A stretch of DNA of 64,000 nucleotides from Blastocystis sp. Blastoise (GCA_039096225.1 JBBPEB010000013.1:1240001-1304000); one strand, 5' to 3'; positions 10,361 to 25,158 are shown, counted from the first letter of the stretch. Numbers and translations: made by a program. The notes: a model not told the origin generated them from the sequence alone.

Positions 10361-11374
10361 TTAATATCTTGTAAATCCACCATTATTGGCTATTACTGCC
10401 TCAATTCTTTTCGGCATTGATAAAACAAGCCTTTCACATACATTTACAGGTATTGACCTCCATATCTTGTCAACTTCGACCTTTAGTTGACTCAAAGTAT
10501 ATCCGCAATGGGAATTTCTTTGTAATCTTCTTTTAATATAGACCCAAAGATGTTCAATGGGATTAAGGTCTGGGGACTGTGGAGGCCAATCAATCACTGT
10601 AAGTTGAGCAGTTTTAAAGAAACTATTCATCTTTTTTGACTTGTGAATAGGAGCATTATCCTGTTGGAATACCATAGTTTTGGGGTCAATTTGCAATTTT
10701 TCCACGGTTGACGGAAGAGTTCGACCAAGAGTTTCTCCATACTTTAATGATGTCACATGACCATCAAGGACCTCCATTTGACCAGCACCATGTTGCGTCA
10801 TACATCCCCAAATCATAATCGATTTTCCATCGTTTTTCATGGTTGGAATGATTTCTGACGGCTTATTTGGAGAACCAGGTTTCTTCCAATAGTATTCTTG
10901 AAAGGTTGATTGATGTGTTCTAATAGAACACTCGTCAGACCAGAGGACGTTTTCCCAGAAACTTATTGGCATATTTCGGTATTTTAAACACCAATCCAAT
11001 CGGACTTTTCTATTTTTCTCCGATATGAGTGGTTTATGAAGCTTCTTTTTGGCGACGTAACCAACAGCATGGAGTCCTCTAATAAAGGACCTTTTTGAGA
11101 CATGAGTACCGGTTTTCTTTTGGAAGATATCCAATAAAACGCTAGAGTTCTCAGAGCTTTTTGGGACAATATTATTGATTTCTCGTAAATTAGAAGGAGT
11201 TAAAACTTGTGGTCTTCCACCTTTCTTAGTTGACTTGGACATATTGTATTGGGACCTTCTACGGGCAACAGTTCTAAGCGAACAATGAAAATGAATGGCA
11301 ATCTGTTCATCCGTGTACCCGTCTCTTATCATCTTTCTAAACTCTCTTTCAGTTATAACGACGTATTTACCCAT
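10361..11374 (-). CDS. Tc1 DD34E transposase (337 aa from ATG 11374)
   Basis: HTH region with GGRP; catalytic motifs WSDE, QQDNAPIH, WPPQSPDLNPIEHLW (34 residues between second D and E); ends GGFTRY. Confidence 0.95.
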   Translation of the reverse strand: MGKYVVITEREFRKMIRDGYTDEQIAIHFHCSLRTVARRRSQYNMSKSTKKGGRPQVLTPSNLREINNIVPKSSENSSVLLDIFQKKTGTHVSKRSFIRGLHAVGYVAKKKLHKPLISEKNRKVRLDWCLKYRNMPISFWENVLWSDECSIRTHQSTFQEYYWKKPGSPNKPSEIIPTMKNDGKSIMIWGCMTQHGAGQMEVLDGHVTSLKYGETLGRTLPSTVEKLQIDPKTMVFQQDNAPIHKSKKMNSFFKTAQLTVIDWPPQSPDLNPIEHLWVYIKRRLQRNSHCGYTLSQLKVEVDKIWRSIPVNVCERLVLSMPKRIEAVIANNGGFTRY

Positions 11375-11483
11375 ACACAACTTATTTTTAAAGAATAAAA
11401 CTATTTTTAAAGGGTTAAAAAAGGTCTCAGAGTAATTGTGTTCCAATTAAAATTTCTGTTTTTCCAAAACCACTAATTATATA

Positions 11484-11501
11484 TTCTAGAAATTTCTAGA
11501 A
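11484..11501. promoter_or_regulatory. perfect four-unit heat-shock element inside the Tc1 element
   Basis: TTCtaGAAatTTCtaGAA = four alternating nGAAn pentamers. Confidence 0.6.
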
Positions 11502-11688
11502 TATATTCTACATGTTATTACAATTCAAACAAAAAAAACCGCGTCAAAAAATTCCCCGTAACTATTGAAAACGATAAGGGTTGTCAGGTTTTGGCACTGA
11601 TTGTATCTTAAATCCTGATCCTTTTTATTTGATCGAGAAACTTAGCATATTTTATTTATTTTTTGTTTTACGTTCCTATAAATATATA

Positions 11689-12150
11689 ATGCAGATTTTC
11701 GTTAAGACATTAACTGGTAAGACTATTACACTTGATGTTGAAGCTACCGATTCTATTGATACCGTTAAGGGTAAGATTCAAGAAAAGGAAGGTATCCCCC
11801 CGGATCAACAAAGACTTATCTTCGCTGGTAAGCAATTAGAAGATAACCGTACTCTTGGTGATTACAATATTCAAAAGGAATCTACACTTCATCTTGTTCT
11901 TCGTTTAAGAGGTGGTATGCAAATCTTTGTTAAGACATTAACTGGTAAGACTATTACTCTTGATGTTGAAGCTACCGATTCTATTGATACCGTTAAGGGT
12001 AAGATTCAAGAAAAGGAAGGTATCCCCCCGGATCAACAAAGACTTATCTTCGCTGGTAAGCAATTAGAAGATAACCGTACTCTTGGTGATTATAATATTC
12101 AAAAGGAATCTACACTTCATCTTGTTCTTCGTTTGAGAGGTGGCTTATAA
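11689..12150 (+). CDS. polyubiquitin (2 tandem units + terminal Leu)
   Basis: [11 protein letters not shown]...LRLRGG twice, then L and TAA. Confidence 0.97.
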   Translation: MQIFVKTLTGKTITLDVEATDSIDTVKGKIQEKEGIPPDQQRLIFAGKQLEDNRTLGDYNIQKESTLHLVLRLRGGMQIFVKTLTGKTITLDVEATDSIDTVKGKIQEKEGIPPDQQRLIFAGKQLEDNRTLGDYNIQKESTLHLVLRLRGGL

Positions 12151-12522
12151 TTTAAATTATTTTATCTTGTGATTTTAATATAGCCCTTGTTTTAATTTAT
12201 CATGTTGTTTTGTTTTCTATTTCGATATTTCCAAGTAATTGACGTTTTTCTTCAGAAAATGATTCCTTGATTCAAACTCATTTTTTTATAAGAGACATTT
12301 CAATGGTTTTAATAATATATGAACATATTTGTGTTGATTTGCATATAGGAAACAAGATCTGGTTAACAAATTCTTTTATTGTGAAAATCATAGATATATT
12401 TATATGAATAACAGTATTTATATTGTATTGGAATGGATAATACTGAATCTCTAATAATTCTCAAAGCAAAATAAATATTTTTAAATTTCCTCCAAAGAAC
12501 AGACAATAACAAAAATTACACT

Positions 12523-13967
12523 ATGAGTGACGAAAATTTCATGAGAATTCGTTCATTTTTTAAATTGTTCCTTATTTTTTTTTATAAAGAAATATACCTT
12601 TATTAATTCTATTGTATAATTGATATTTAAAATCACTGTATGCTTATCATTATTCATGTTATTACATAAGTTGTTTTATAGTATCAATGGAAAGTTTGAA
12701 TACAACAAGTGATATTGATTCACAAGATAGTCTTTTAGACGATAGCATATTGAATTATAATTCTCTGAAAACAAAGTACATATGTATATCTTGCTAATTT
12801 ATCTTTCTAGAAAACAATCTTTGAATAAACAACTTTCTAATCAAGCAGTATTTATTTATTTGTATAAGAATCTATATATGATATAAATTAGGATAAATTT
12901 GATGATATGAAAGAAGTTAATTCTAGTGTAGAACATGATGAGAGTGAACTGTTAACAACTATTAAAGCTCCAGAAGAAGATGAACAAATTAAAACGATTG
13001 ATGTGCAACATAATGAAGACAATCAAGATTCTATTTTGTTAAATGAAAGTGATTTAAAGTCATCTCAACTACTTTCAGACACTATTCCATCAACAGAAAC
13101 AGAAGATAAAGATCAAAAGACGATTGATTTGAGTATTTTTGTTCAACAAATGAATAAAGAAAACTCTGTATTTATATATATATTATGTATTATTTATATG
13201 TTTTCATATAGAGTTTTCTTTTAATATATATATATAGTTTTAGTTTTTTCATTTATATATTTATATAGGCCACTACTACATCTGATCCTATAATGCCTTC
13301 TTCTGTTCCTTCAAATATAGATCCTAAACAATTACCTTTAAATGATACTTATAATCCAATATCTACTGCTCGTCGACTTAGCCTTAATAGTTCAATCGAC
13401 GCAGGAGTTGAGGATTTCCCTGCTACTTTGACAAGTACTGTCCTTGAAGAAATAGAAAATGAAGACATACCTCAAAAGATCTATTCTTCATTTAGTAAAC
13501 CACCCATTATAAATTCTATCCCTCTTAATAATCCAAAAGAAGGAAAACTATCATCTATTTCAGTAACTATAATGAATTCAATAATTGAAGACTCAAATAT
13601 ATCGTTATCAACATCTAATATCAGTTTATATAAACCGGAAACACAATTGACACCCTCTCCGGAACATAATTCTTCTGCTGTGAAATCAACCAATCAGAAT
13701 TTATCTCCTCAATTAAGTACAGATCTAGAAGATACGAAGAATGCACATGTTGTATCTCCTTCAACCAATAAGAGTTCAAGTGATTTGTTAGGAGACGAAA
13801 GTGATATTGATATATATATTCCTACTTCAATTGCTCCTCAAGATCTTCTTCAAACAACAGATGTCAAAGAACATTCGAAAGAGCCAAAGAATTCTCTGTC
13901 TGTTTTGGAAGAAGATTCCTATATTAATAGTTTAAGATATATACCTACAACAAATACTGGTGATGGT

Positions 13968-13998
<31 letters not shown>

Positions 13999-16163
13999 GT
14001 AATAATGATAATATTAATAGTAATAATAATAGTAATAATAATAATATTAATAGTAATCATCAGGAGATAAAGAATAGTCATCCTTTAGAAAAGAAAGAAA
14101 AAGAGGAAATTATAGAGGATATTCAATCTATAAGTAAATCTATTGAATCTCTTTCTTCTCTATATGATTCGACATTAGTTTCATCTAAGACACAATTAAC
14201 GGCAAAAGGAGAAACTAAAGAAATAGAGAAACACAATTCGAATCCCTCTTTTATTTCTTCTTCTACTGGAGGTCTTTTGTCATTACCTCCTTTAGAATCA
14301 ACTCTCTCTGTACATTCTATAAACAAAAAATTAATATCTAAAGAAAATATTATTAAAGAAAAAGAAACGAAGCAGAAATCACAAACACGACAGTCTATTG
14401 ATAGATTAAGTATGAAGAATTCGAAAAGAAGCTCAACACGTGCTTCATTGATGATTTCAGATCCAATGGAAATAGTTCAAGAAGAAGAAAAAGAAGAAGA
14501 AAAAGAAATATTAGATTTAACTGAAGAATTATCTCATTTCGAACAAGCTATTCCTTCTTCTTTAAAGTCACAAGATTCTACAGTGAACAGTTTGAAACAT
14601 GCTGAAGATGTAGTCAGCCGACTTTCTACACAGGGTATTGAAGATGAAAATGGGAAACGAATTACTTTGGATCAATTTGAAATCGTATTTTTTTTATATT
14701 GTTTTTTCTTATTAAATCTTATATTTTATATATGTTATGTTTATTATTATTATTATTATACTTATTATTATTATTATTATACTTATTATTATTATTTTTA
14801 TTACTATTATTATTATTATTTCTTTATATATATAGAAACCAGTTGTTCCTTCAAGTAGACGTTCTTCTCGACGAATTTCTCTAGTTGAGAATACTATTCC
14901 ATCTCTTGCCTACCCAACAAATTCTCGTAAATCTATTTCTGTGTTGGAATTACTATCTCCTCCTCCACTTGTGAAAATCACAAAAAAAGATTTGAATATA
15001 CCTATATCTTCAACAAAGAGACTCTCTGTATATATATAAATATATGTATAGTCCTATCTATGATCTATATAATAATATAAAATATCTTCTTCTTCTACAT
15101 ATATATAGATTTCTCAAAAGAAACATCGTCAATCTCTAGTTCCTTCTCTTCCTTCTCTTGATACTCTATCTGATACTAATAATATTAATGATAATAATAT
15201 TAATGATAAGAATATTAATGATAATAATATTAATGATAATAATACTAACACTAATAATATTAATGATAATAATACTAATACTAATATATCTGTGACATCA
15301 TCTTCAACTCCAATGAATACTGAATCCACTATTCAGACCAATTCAGAAGAATCTAAGGAAATATCTACAATTAAAAAGTCCGTTGATTCCGTTATGAGTG
15401 ACGCAGTATCTGTACCTATTACTGAGACAAAGAATATAAATAGTATTATTACAAATGAGAATCATTCAGATATTCCTCAATCAAATATTATTAACACACA
15501 AATATCTGATTCTAATATATCTACTGATACTAATCATATTATTCCTCAATTAGATTCTATAATTGCTATACATCAAGATACTAATAAGAATACATGTACT
15601 AACGACATAACTAATAGTAATAATAATAGTAAGAGTGATACTATCAATATGTCCCTATCTTCTTCTATTCCTACTGATTTAGAAAATTGTAATGTTATTC
15701 ATGATGATATTCATAATAATATTAATGATAATATAAAGAATGCTGATGATAATATAAAGAATACTAATGATATTCCTGATTCTACTGTTATTACTCCTGT
15801 TACTTCTAATCTTCCAGAGAATCAATCTCTTTATGATTCTATTCATGATATCGAAACGATTATTCCTGTTATTTCAGAACAACCCCAAAAGGAAATAGTT
15901 ACATCTATTAAAGAGGATACAATGCCCTCAACTGAAGACAAACAAACTATAAATAAACAGACAATAGAGTTACCCTCTCTAGAAGTATATCCTAAAAATA
16001 ATACTTCTTCTACGCTACTCTCTAAAGATACTAATACTACTATTAATATACCTAGTGACTCTGTATCTTCTAATAATAATACTAATACTAATACTAATAC
16101 TGATACTAATACTAATACTAATAATAATAATAATAATAATAACAATAATGATAATAATAATAC

Positions 16164-16203
<40 letters not shown>

Positions 16204-18673
16204 AATAACAATGCTACTAGTTCTATTATTGATATTCCTATTACATCAGTATCTCAGGATATTCAAGATTCTATTCCTCTTCCTCCTCTCTCTTCTATAG
16301 AGACTAACCTTTCATCTCCTACTCAAACACCTCAAAAACAATCATTATCTTCATTCAATTCCCGCGATTCTATTCGTCAAACTCCTCAAACAGATATTTT
16401 AGGATTATTACAGCAATCAAGTGCACAAGCTTATCGGCATATTCTGAAAACACCCTATTCAACTAAATTAGATAAAACTAAAAATAAAATTAAACCTAAA
16501 TTGATGCCTGAATCATCCAAGAAATCAAATCAAAAGAATAGTAATACTACTACTACCACTACTACCACTAGAAAATCTATCTTTGATATTCTTGCCAAAC
16601 ATTCTGTTAATTCAACAGAACAAAAAGATAAATCATCTGTATCTACTAGAAACCAATCAAATAGATTGTTAGCTACAAAGAGACGAATGGAAAATGATAA
16701 TAATATTCCTGCAAAACGTATTCCTACAAGTAAAGCATTACAATCTAAATTAAATATTATGAATAATAAACAAGAAATAAATAGAAAAACTATTGTTTCT
16801 AATAATAATATAATAAAGAGAAAACAATTAGAGAATACAAATAAGGCATCGAATATAAATATAAATACTAAGGGTAATACTAATACAACTTCAATGGGTA
16901 TATTAGAGACACAACCTGTACAAGACTCTTTATTATCAACAATATCTCTTTCCAGATCAAATAAGACACAATGTTCACAAGTCAATGTTCTTCAATCCCA
17001 TAAAACGAATTCTTCATCTCTAATAGAAACACGTTCATCTATTAATAAAACTACTCTATCTTCTTCTATTCCTCTTACAAAGGAAACAAGAAAAGTAGAA
17101 ATAGGTATAGGTTCATCTGGTCGTACTCTTAGCTCTCGAATTAAGAATATCTTATCAGATACAACTAATGTGACTATAAAGAGTAATAAAGATAATAATA
17201 GTGATAGTAATGCTAATAATAATAATAATTCTACTAATAATAATGATATTAATAATAATAATGCTAATAATAAGGGTACTATTAGTGATAATAATAGCAC
17301 TAAAAATAATACAGCTAATACTATTACTATTGCTAATTATAATGATAATAATTCAACTACTAATAATACTTTCACTAATTCTCATAATACTATAAAAGAG
17401 GGTATTACTCTTCCTCCTCTTGTATCTATATCATCAAATATAAATAAAGATTCTACATCTATAAAGTCATCTATTAAAAATACAAATAATTCACAAATAT
17501 CTTCTACAACCTGTGTTAATCAAAATAAAAGTAAAAACACAATATACAATCATATTCCTTCATTAGATGCTATAAATAGTAAAGAGAATACTATTCCATC
17601 CTCTGTCCAATCAAAAGATGGAATATCATCTCGACGTTGTATATCTTCTATTTTTCTATCTCCTCCTCGTTCTCCCCGACAAAGTTCAAATACCATCCCT
17701 TTACCACCTTTAGATATTAAACCATTTGTATATATATATATATTCATTCAAATCACTGTTTATTTTTAAGTTTTATATACTTATAATAATGTTGATTATT
17801 TATATAATAATATTTTTTATGTGAGTGTATATGTAATATAATATAATATAATATAATATAATATAATATAATATAATATAATATAATATAATATAATATA
17901 ATATAATATAATATAATATAATATAATATAATATAATATAATATAATATAATATAATATAATATAATATAATATAATATAATATAATATAATATAATATA
18001 ATATAATATAATATAATATAATATAATATAATATAATATAATATAATATAATATAATATAATAAATAATATCTTTAGAAAGTAGCTAATAAACCAACGGT
18101 AGCTTCATTAGCCAAAGATGTTAAATATGCAAATAACCGCGAATTTCTAAAACAGAAGGCTGGCGTTATAACACCTGTTTATACAAAGAAATCAAGTATT
18201 TTTTATTAATATATATATATATTAAATTGAATTCATTTTTATTTTAGTATAATTGATTTATATTGATTTAATTTATATTTTATGTATATTAATAGAAAAG
18301 ATGATAAGATCGAAACCTTCTTCACAATATAAGAAGAAAACCGTTAAGTCTATATCACTTCCACCTCTTGAGAAGAGAGTCATTAACCATAAATCAACAA
18401 AACAAACCAATAAACAAATTCCTGTAGATATTCACCAAATATTCAGACCCAATAGTATATATATATATATAATGATTATTATATTGTGTTATTGAATTAT
18501 AAACAAATAATTATATATAATAACATTATCATAAATATTATGTTTTTCTAGCTAAGAGAGAATTGAATCCTATTTTAGAGAAAGTATTACATGGTCCTGG
18601 ATACCAACCTCGAAGTTCGAAACGTCCGTTAACAGTTACTAAAGAATTCAATATAAAAAGCTCAAAGAAATAA
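12523..18673 (+). CDS. large low-complexity S/N/T-rich protein with C-terminal TPX2-like motif (multi-exon)
   Basis: Long ORFs 13293-14858 and 15292-17769 joined by GT-AG introns. The last exon encodes GYQPRSSKRPLTVTKEFNIK, resembling TPX2-type microtubule-binding repeats. The single-gene model is inferred. Confidence 0.55.
17834..18062. repeat. intronic (TAATA)n microsatellite
   Basis: About 230 bp of perfect pentamer repeat within an intron. Confidence 0.95.
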
Positions 18674-19218
18674 ACATTACTCTCGTTATTCTTTTATCTT
18701 TTATATTTGTCTTTTTGTAACCTTTTTCACTTTTTTTGTGTCTAATAAACATATTTATAGTTTTTCCTGTTTGTTAATTTCCATAGTTTTGTATTGTATT
18801 ATATATATATACTATTATAAAAACATAACAATTCAATTTATTTATAATACAAATTAATAATATCGAAAACAAAATAGATATTATGATACAAATGAGTTGA
18901 TAGTGCAAAAGAATAGAAGTACTATTATTATTATGGCATTTAATATAGAATAGCTATCAAATGATAAAATAAACAAAGAGAAGAAGAAGAAGAAACAGAA
19001 AAGAGTAACAATAATTATTATAAACAATATTAGAATTCAATTATGTAATTAGTCTATAAGCTAGATATAGATATATATATATATATCTTATATTTTAATA
19101 AAGAATATATCTTTATTCTTTACCCCTATAAATAAGAAAAACTAATATAAATAAGAAAAACTAATATAAATAATAAAAAATATATATATATTAATTGATA
19201 TAAAAAGAAATAAATACA

Positions 19219-19376
19219 CTAATCAACCCGCTCATTTTGAAATGTGGGGAGTTTCATGGGTGCGTCATCGATGGCTCTATAACGAAAATATATAAGTAAT
19301 TAAGAATAAAATATAATAATATCAAATATATATAGAGATTATTAATAGAGAATTACTATGATAAGAATTTATATCA

Positions 19377-19456
<80 letters not shown>

Positions 19457-21031
19457 CATAGACAATAAATATATATACGCTTTAATATAGAAATAAACGT
19501 ATTCAGTCATAAGGAAGAGTTGAAAGATTTGAGTAATTAATAAGAATTGTCCTGAGAAATGACTTGAAAACCAAGTATAGCCAATATTTAGTTCTTTATA
19601 AGAAGAGATCCAAAAGAAAAAGCTGAAAAGACGAGATATAAACAAACAAAAGATAAAATTTGATGTATATTCGTGAATTGTTTCATTCTATATATGAATT
19701 GTTTCATAGGAACATCAAGAATATAATAAAAATAGTATCTAATAGTTATATAAAAATGAATATATTTTTATATATAATATAATATAATATACTCTTGATT
19801 TTTTAATCATATAGAGTTCTGGGAGAATACTTAGTGTTTCTAACAGATGTGACGCATACCATAAGAAGTCATATATATATATATCGGAGAGATTTGAATG
19901 GAAAAACTATATCATTATAGTATTATATATATTATATTATATTATATTATATTATATTATATTATATTATATTATATTATATTATATTATATTATATTAT
20001 ATTATATTATATTATATTATATTATATTATATTATATTATATTATATTATATTATATTATATTATATTATATTATATTATATTATATTATATTATATTAT
20101 ATTATATTATATTATATTATATTATATTATATTATATTATATTATATATATATATATTATATTATATTATATTATATTATATTATATTATATTATATTAT
20201 ATTATATTATATTATATTATATTATATTATATTATATTATATTATATTATATTATATTATATTATATTATATATATTAATTATTAATATACTAATCCAAT
20301 AAGAATACAAGGACCAATAATAATATACGTAGAGAGAAGAGATGAAGAACAAATATTCAAGTAAGTATCCTATAAATTAAAATAGAATATTATATATTTT
20401 ATATAAACAACAGTATTTTAAAAATATAAATGATTTTTATATAAATACTTGATGTGAATTATGAGTATAAGAATATGTGTATTTGATTAGAATAAACACA
20501 TAGCATAAAGTAACTAATGTTAATATTTCTATAAACTGATAGAGCCAATCTCCAGATCTATAAAAATATATATATTATATAGTATATAATTGACTACTTT
20601 TTTTTATAGTGTTTAAAAACAATATAATCAGCTTTAAAAGATTGAAAATAACTTAATATACTTATCATAAGGTAAATAAGCTTGACATCCTGTAATAACT
20701 ATACACCTACATAAGTATACATGAATAAAACAGAAAATAGTTTTCATCGATATTCCTATACACAGACATGAATAAATATAATATTTAGTAATATATATAC
20801 CAGAAACTGACTTTGTAACTAGTATTTTATAAAGAACAAGAATAAAGCCGAAACAATTCATAATACTACTAAGTGTCTAGATGAATAGGATAAAATCAAT
20901 AGTATATAAACATTTACAAGGAAGAAGGAGAAGTCTCCATCAGAAAGGAAATGATAAGAAAAAAGTAAAAAGAAAGCAAAGAAACTCCAAATCAACACCA
21001 TCAGCTTATTTTTTCTTAGTATTTTGTTCAT
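19219..21031 (-). CDS. ERD2-related ER lumen protein-retaining receptor (multi-exon)
   Basis: Extra N-terminal TM then SDGDFSFFL, KSVSGIS, YLPYDKSGDWLYQ, LETLSILPEL and SRLFSFFFW; multi-pass hydrophobic pattern. Confidence 0.85.
19921..20275. repeat. intronic (TATTA)n microsatellite
   Basis: About 350 bp pentamer array inside an ERD2-like intron. Confidence 0.95.
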
Positions 21032-21574
21032 ATTTCTATGTTGGATATGTATATAATTAATTTCAGAGATATCATAAGTGAATACATGGAGTCTAAAGAT
21101 ATTGAAAGTGGAAAGAAAGAACTACCACTAATTGAAGTTTTCAGTGTTGTGTCAATCATTCTCAATGTAGCTATATATGGGAAAAAGAAAATATCTAGCA
21201 GATTGATCAAATTCACAGAAGAATATCAACGACATATCATCATGGGATCGGATATCGAAATAAGTTATAAAAGAGATCAAGGATATTGTTTTGTGTAACG
21301 GTACCGCATCAATACCGAGTTTCTTGGTTATCTATTCAAAACTGCGGAACTATATACTTTTGGATAAAATGAAAATAAACATGGTTATTTCGTTTTTTCA
21401 AAAAAAGAAAAACAATTTCCTTCTGCTTTTTTAAATAGTTTACAAGAGGTATATTCATGATAGACTAACTCTATTGATTTATATTATCAATAAATATATT
21501 TGAATCTACAGACATTTACTCGATATTTATATATAGAGATTCTATTCTTTGAAACATTACTCTTTCTAATCAAT

Positions 21575-22315
21575 ATGGAAAATCAAGTATGTTTATATTT
21601 TGAAAATTAGTTTTACTTTTTATTCTAATTATTCTAGGTAGAACAAAAACATTATTCAACTGGTATTTTTTAACTCTTATTTTGTTTAAATGTTATTATT
21701 TTATTAGAGAAAGGTCGTGGATTAGACACCAACTCACGTAATGGTGGCAGATCTGGTCGTTACGATGAACTTCCTTATTCTGGTCCTGGTCCTGCTAAAT
21801 GTATATATTTTTTAAAATTTTCTACTTTTTAATATCTATTTGCGTTTAATAAATATTAAGAATAGAATTATACTATTTGAACTTATATATATTCTATATT
21901 TTATTAGAATTGATATAAAACTATGTTATCTATATATAAATATTCTTTAGCTGTTGAGGGATGGTTATTATTTGTTACAGGTATTCATCCTGAAGCTCAA
22001 GAAGAAGATGTTTTGGATAAATTCGCTGATTTCGGTCAAGTTAAAAATATGCATTTAAATATTAATAGACGTACTGGTTTCGTTATGGTATATATCATTA
22101 ATATTATTATTGTTTTTTTTTATCAATTTATAACTTTATTTTTGTATGTATATCTTGTTTATAATCCATTATATATACATATAATGTATCTATAGGGATA
22201 TGCTCTTGTAGAATTTTCTCAATTTGAAGAAGCTAAGAGTGCTAAAGAAGCCTTAAATGGAGATTCTATTTTAGGACAACAAATCACAGTAGACTGGGCA
22301 TTCTATAATAACTAA
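21575..22315 (+). CDS. RBM8A: exon-junction complex subunit Y14
   Basis: [62 protein letters not shown] across 5 exons. Confidence 0.93.
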
Positions 22316-22494
22316 ATTATCACAAACTCTTTACTATATTCACTTATTTATATAATTAATGTACATGTCTTCATTGTTTTGTTATAAAAATACTTAAAAT
22401 CAAATATCAATTCTTTGATTAATTAAATAATCTTACAGTAATGAATTTTGAAACTCTTTTTATTAAAAATATAAAATATATAGAGAAAAAGATA

Positions 22495-22576
22495 TGCACG
22501 AAGCGGGACTCGAACCCGCGCATGCGAACATACTACGGCCTTAACGTAGCTCCTTAGACCACTCGGACATCCGTGC
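22495..22576 (-). tRNA. tRNA-Leu(AAG)
   Basis: Reverse strand GCACGGATGTCCGAGTGGTCTAAGGAG-CTACG TTAAGGC CGTAG-variable arm-GCGGGTTCGAGTCCCGC-TTCGTGCA. Confidence 0.95.
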
Positions 22577-23332
22577 TTCTGGAATTTGTTTCTTAACGAT
22601 ATATATCATATACTATAATTATTATTTATTATTTATTCATTTCTGGCTTATTTTCGTTGAGATTGGTATCATTTATTGAGATACAACTATTTTATAACTA
22701 ATATTTTTTAGATTTTTGAAAAATGGAAAAAAATGTTTTCAAAAACTGATCAGTATGTAAAATATAGTATGCTAAAGTAAATATACGTTATTTGCATGTT
22801 ATAATAATTGTTTGTATATGATAAATTTTGTATTGAAACAATAGTTTATTATATACAGAAAAAACAAATTTTCTTTGTTTTTTTGTGATATTACTTTCGT
22901 TAGGTCAAGTATAAATATTTTGAAAATATTTTTTGTTGCTTTGAGTGTCTTTTTATTTGTTATGTTATATAAATGTTTAATAAAACATGTAATCCATCAC
23001 GGTCACTGACAGACTAGCCAAAAAAAGAGACTTTTATTATATATAATAATTAAACTAAACTGAATAAGGAAATGCTTGAATAATAATTAGAATTAAAAAC
23101 AACAATGATTGATTTATGTAGTTTTATTCATTTATTTCTCCTGTCTTTTTTTACTTTCATATATGTATAATGGAAATCAATTGACAAGAATTTCAAAATG
23201 TATATTTTTTCACAATTTAAACAACATATGTATGTTTTTGTTTTTATTAAATTCAGACGGTTTCAACAGTGAACTTTTTCTGTTGAAAAATGATAGAAGA
23301 AAACAATATTTTTTTTTTCTGTTTGAATTGAA

Positions 23333-25105
23333 ATGGAGTCCTTTAAGCATTTAATAAAAGGAAGAAATGAATTTTCATCTTCAGCATTTCAAATATTTTT
23401 GTTGGCTACTGCAATAAAGTTATTACTTATTCCATCGTATCGTAGTACCGATTTTGAAGTACATAGAAATTGGTTAGCTATCACTCATAACCTTCCCCAT
23501 GAAAAATGGTACTTTGAAGTATATGATTTCGTGCTTAACAATCAATATTTATTGCTTTTTCTAGGATACATCTATTTGGACACTTGATTATCCTCCATTT
23601 TTTGCATGGTTTGAATATTTTATATCGTTATTTGCTCAGAAATTTGATCCTTCTATACTGACTGTAAGTTATTATTGAGAATTGTATCAATTCTTGTTTT
23701 TTTTATTTCTTTTAGATACAATCCACTCCACTTGAGACTCAAAATACTATATTATTTCAACGTCTTTCTGTGATTGTAGCAGATCTCGTTTTTTATTTAG
23801 GTGTTTATATGTATTGTTGTACTTGGCCGAAAACAACCACTGTCGAAATATCATCTTCGTATGTTATATATATATATTTGATAATATACATATTAATTAT
23901 TTATATATAGAACATATAAAAAAGAAATAGTGTTTTCATTTTGTATTTTATGTCCTGCATTATTTATGGTAGATCATATTCATTTTCAATATAATGGATT
24001 TCTCATGGGAATTTATCTTATCAGTATCTCTCTTATACGACAGGTATATATATATATTTATGAACATATTCTAATTATTATTTTATGGTTTATATGTGCT
24101 AAATTGTTTTTTATTATATATTTTATATACTATTTTTTTATAATAGTCTATATAATAATATAATATTTATAATATTCTATATAATACTATAATAGTCTAT
24201 ATAATACTATAATACTCTATATAATACTCTATATAATACTATAACACTCTATATAATACTATAATACTCTATATAATATTTATAATATTCTATATAATAC
24301 TATAATAGTCTATATAATACTATAATACTCTATATAATACTCTATATACTATTCTCTATAGAATCGTGATTTACTGAGTGCCGTTGTGTTTAGTTGTCTT
24401 TTGAATTTCAAGCATATATTTATGTACCAGGCTCCTGTCTATTTCTGTTACCTTCTTCTACATTACTGTTACGTATCTAAAGATATCGAAGACCCTCAAT
24501 TATTTGTATATATTCATATTCTATTTATTTATATACATTCATTCTATATAATACTTATATGTTTATTCTTTTCATTTTATTTATATTTTATGTTCCTTGT
24601 TCTCCACATTATTGTATATCTATTCAATTATTTCTCATGAATATTTCTCTATTTTCTCTATAATTCTTTATATTTCCAGGAGGATGAGATCCCTGACACG
24701 CGTCGTCCCTCGGAAATCGAACGTACTATGTACGTACAAGAATCTAAACGTATCTTTTCCGTTAAGCGATTCCTAGCTCTTGCAAGTGTTGTTATTATTA
24801 GTATATATATTATTATATTCTTATATATATATTATTATATATGCATATTTTTTTATATACATAATTATCGAATTGCCATTTATTATTTATTTATTCTATA
24901 ATATATATATATATCTTTAACTTTATATACATAGCCTTCTTTATTTCTTTCTATCCCTTTCTTATGCCTTCCTCTCAACCTCGGTCACTTCTCACTCTTA
25001 CTACTAACCTAAAGCAATTATATTCGCGGTTATTCCCCTTTAAAAGAGGCCTTATTCATACCTATTGGGCACCCAACATCTGGGCATTATATACATTCCT
25101 TGATA

Positions 25106-25158
<53 letters not shown>

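Larger units (their letters stand above)
10178..11603 (-). mobile_element. Tc1-family DNA transposon, apparently intact (1426 bp)
   Basis: 25-bp TIRs CAATCAGTGCCAAAACCTGACAACC; TA target duplication at 10176-10177 and 11604-11605; single intronless transposase. Confidence 0.95.

Noticed and set aside
11581-11688. N-terminal extension of ubiquitin in the ORF track
   Set aside because: Starts at a TTG inside the transposon TIR; the true start is ATG 11689.
19898-20302. ORFs made of YIYI, IILYY, poly-I or poly-L (here and throughout the window)
   Set aside because: They are translations of intronic microsatellites or antisense frames of Asn-rich exons.
21038-21298. 86-aa ORF between the ERD2-like gene and Y14
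   Set aside because: Begins 7 bp from the divergent ERD2-like start and has no recognisable domain; cannot be supported without expression data.
24160-24360. CRISPR-like array
   Set aside because: Intronic tataatac(tc) minisatellite with no unique spacers, in a eukaryotic gene.
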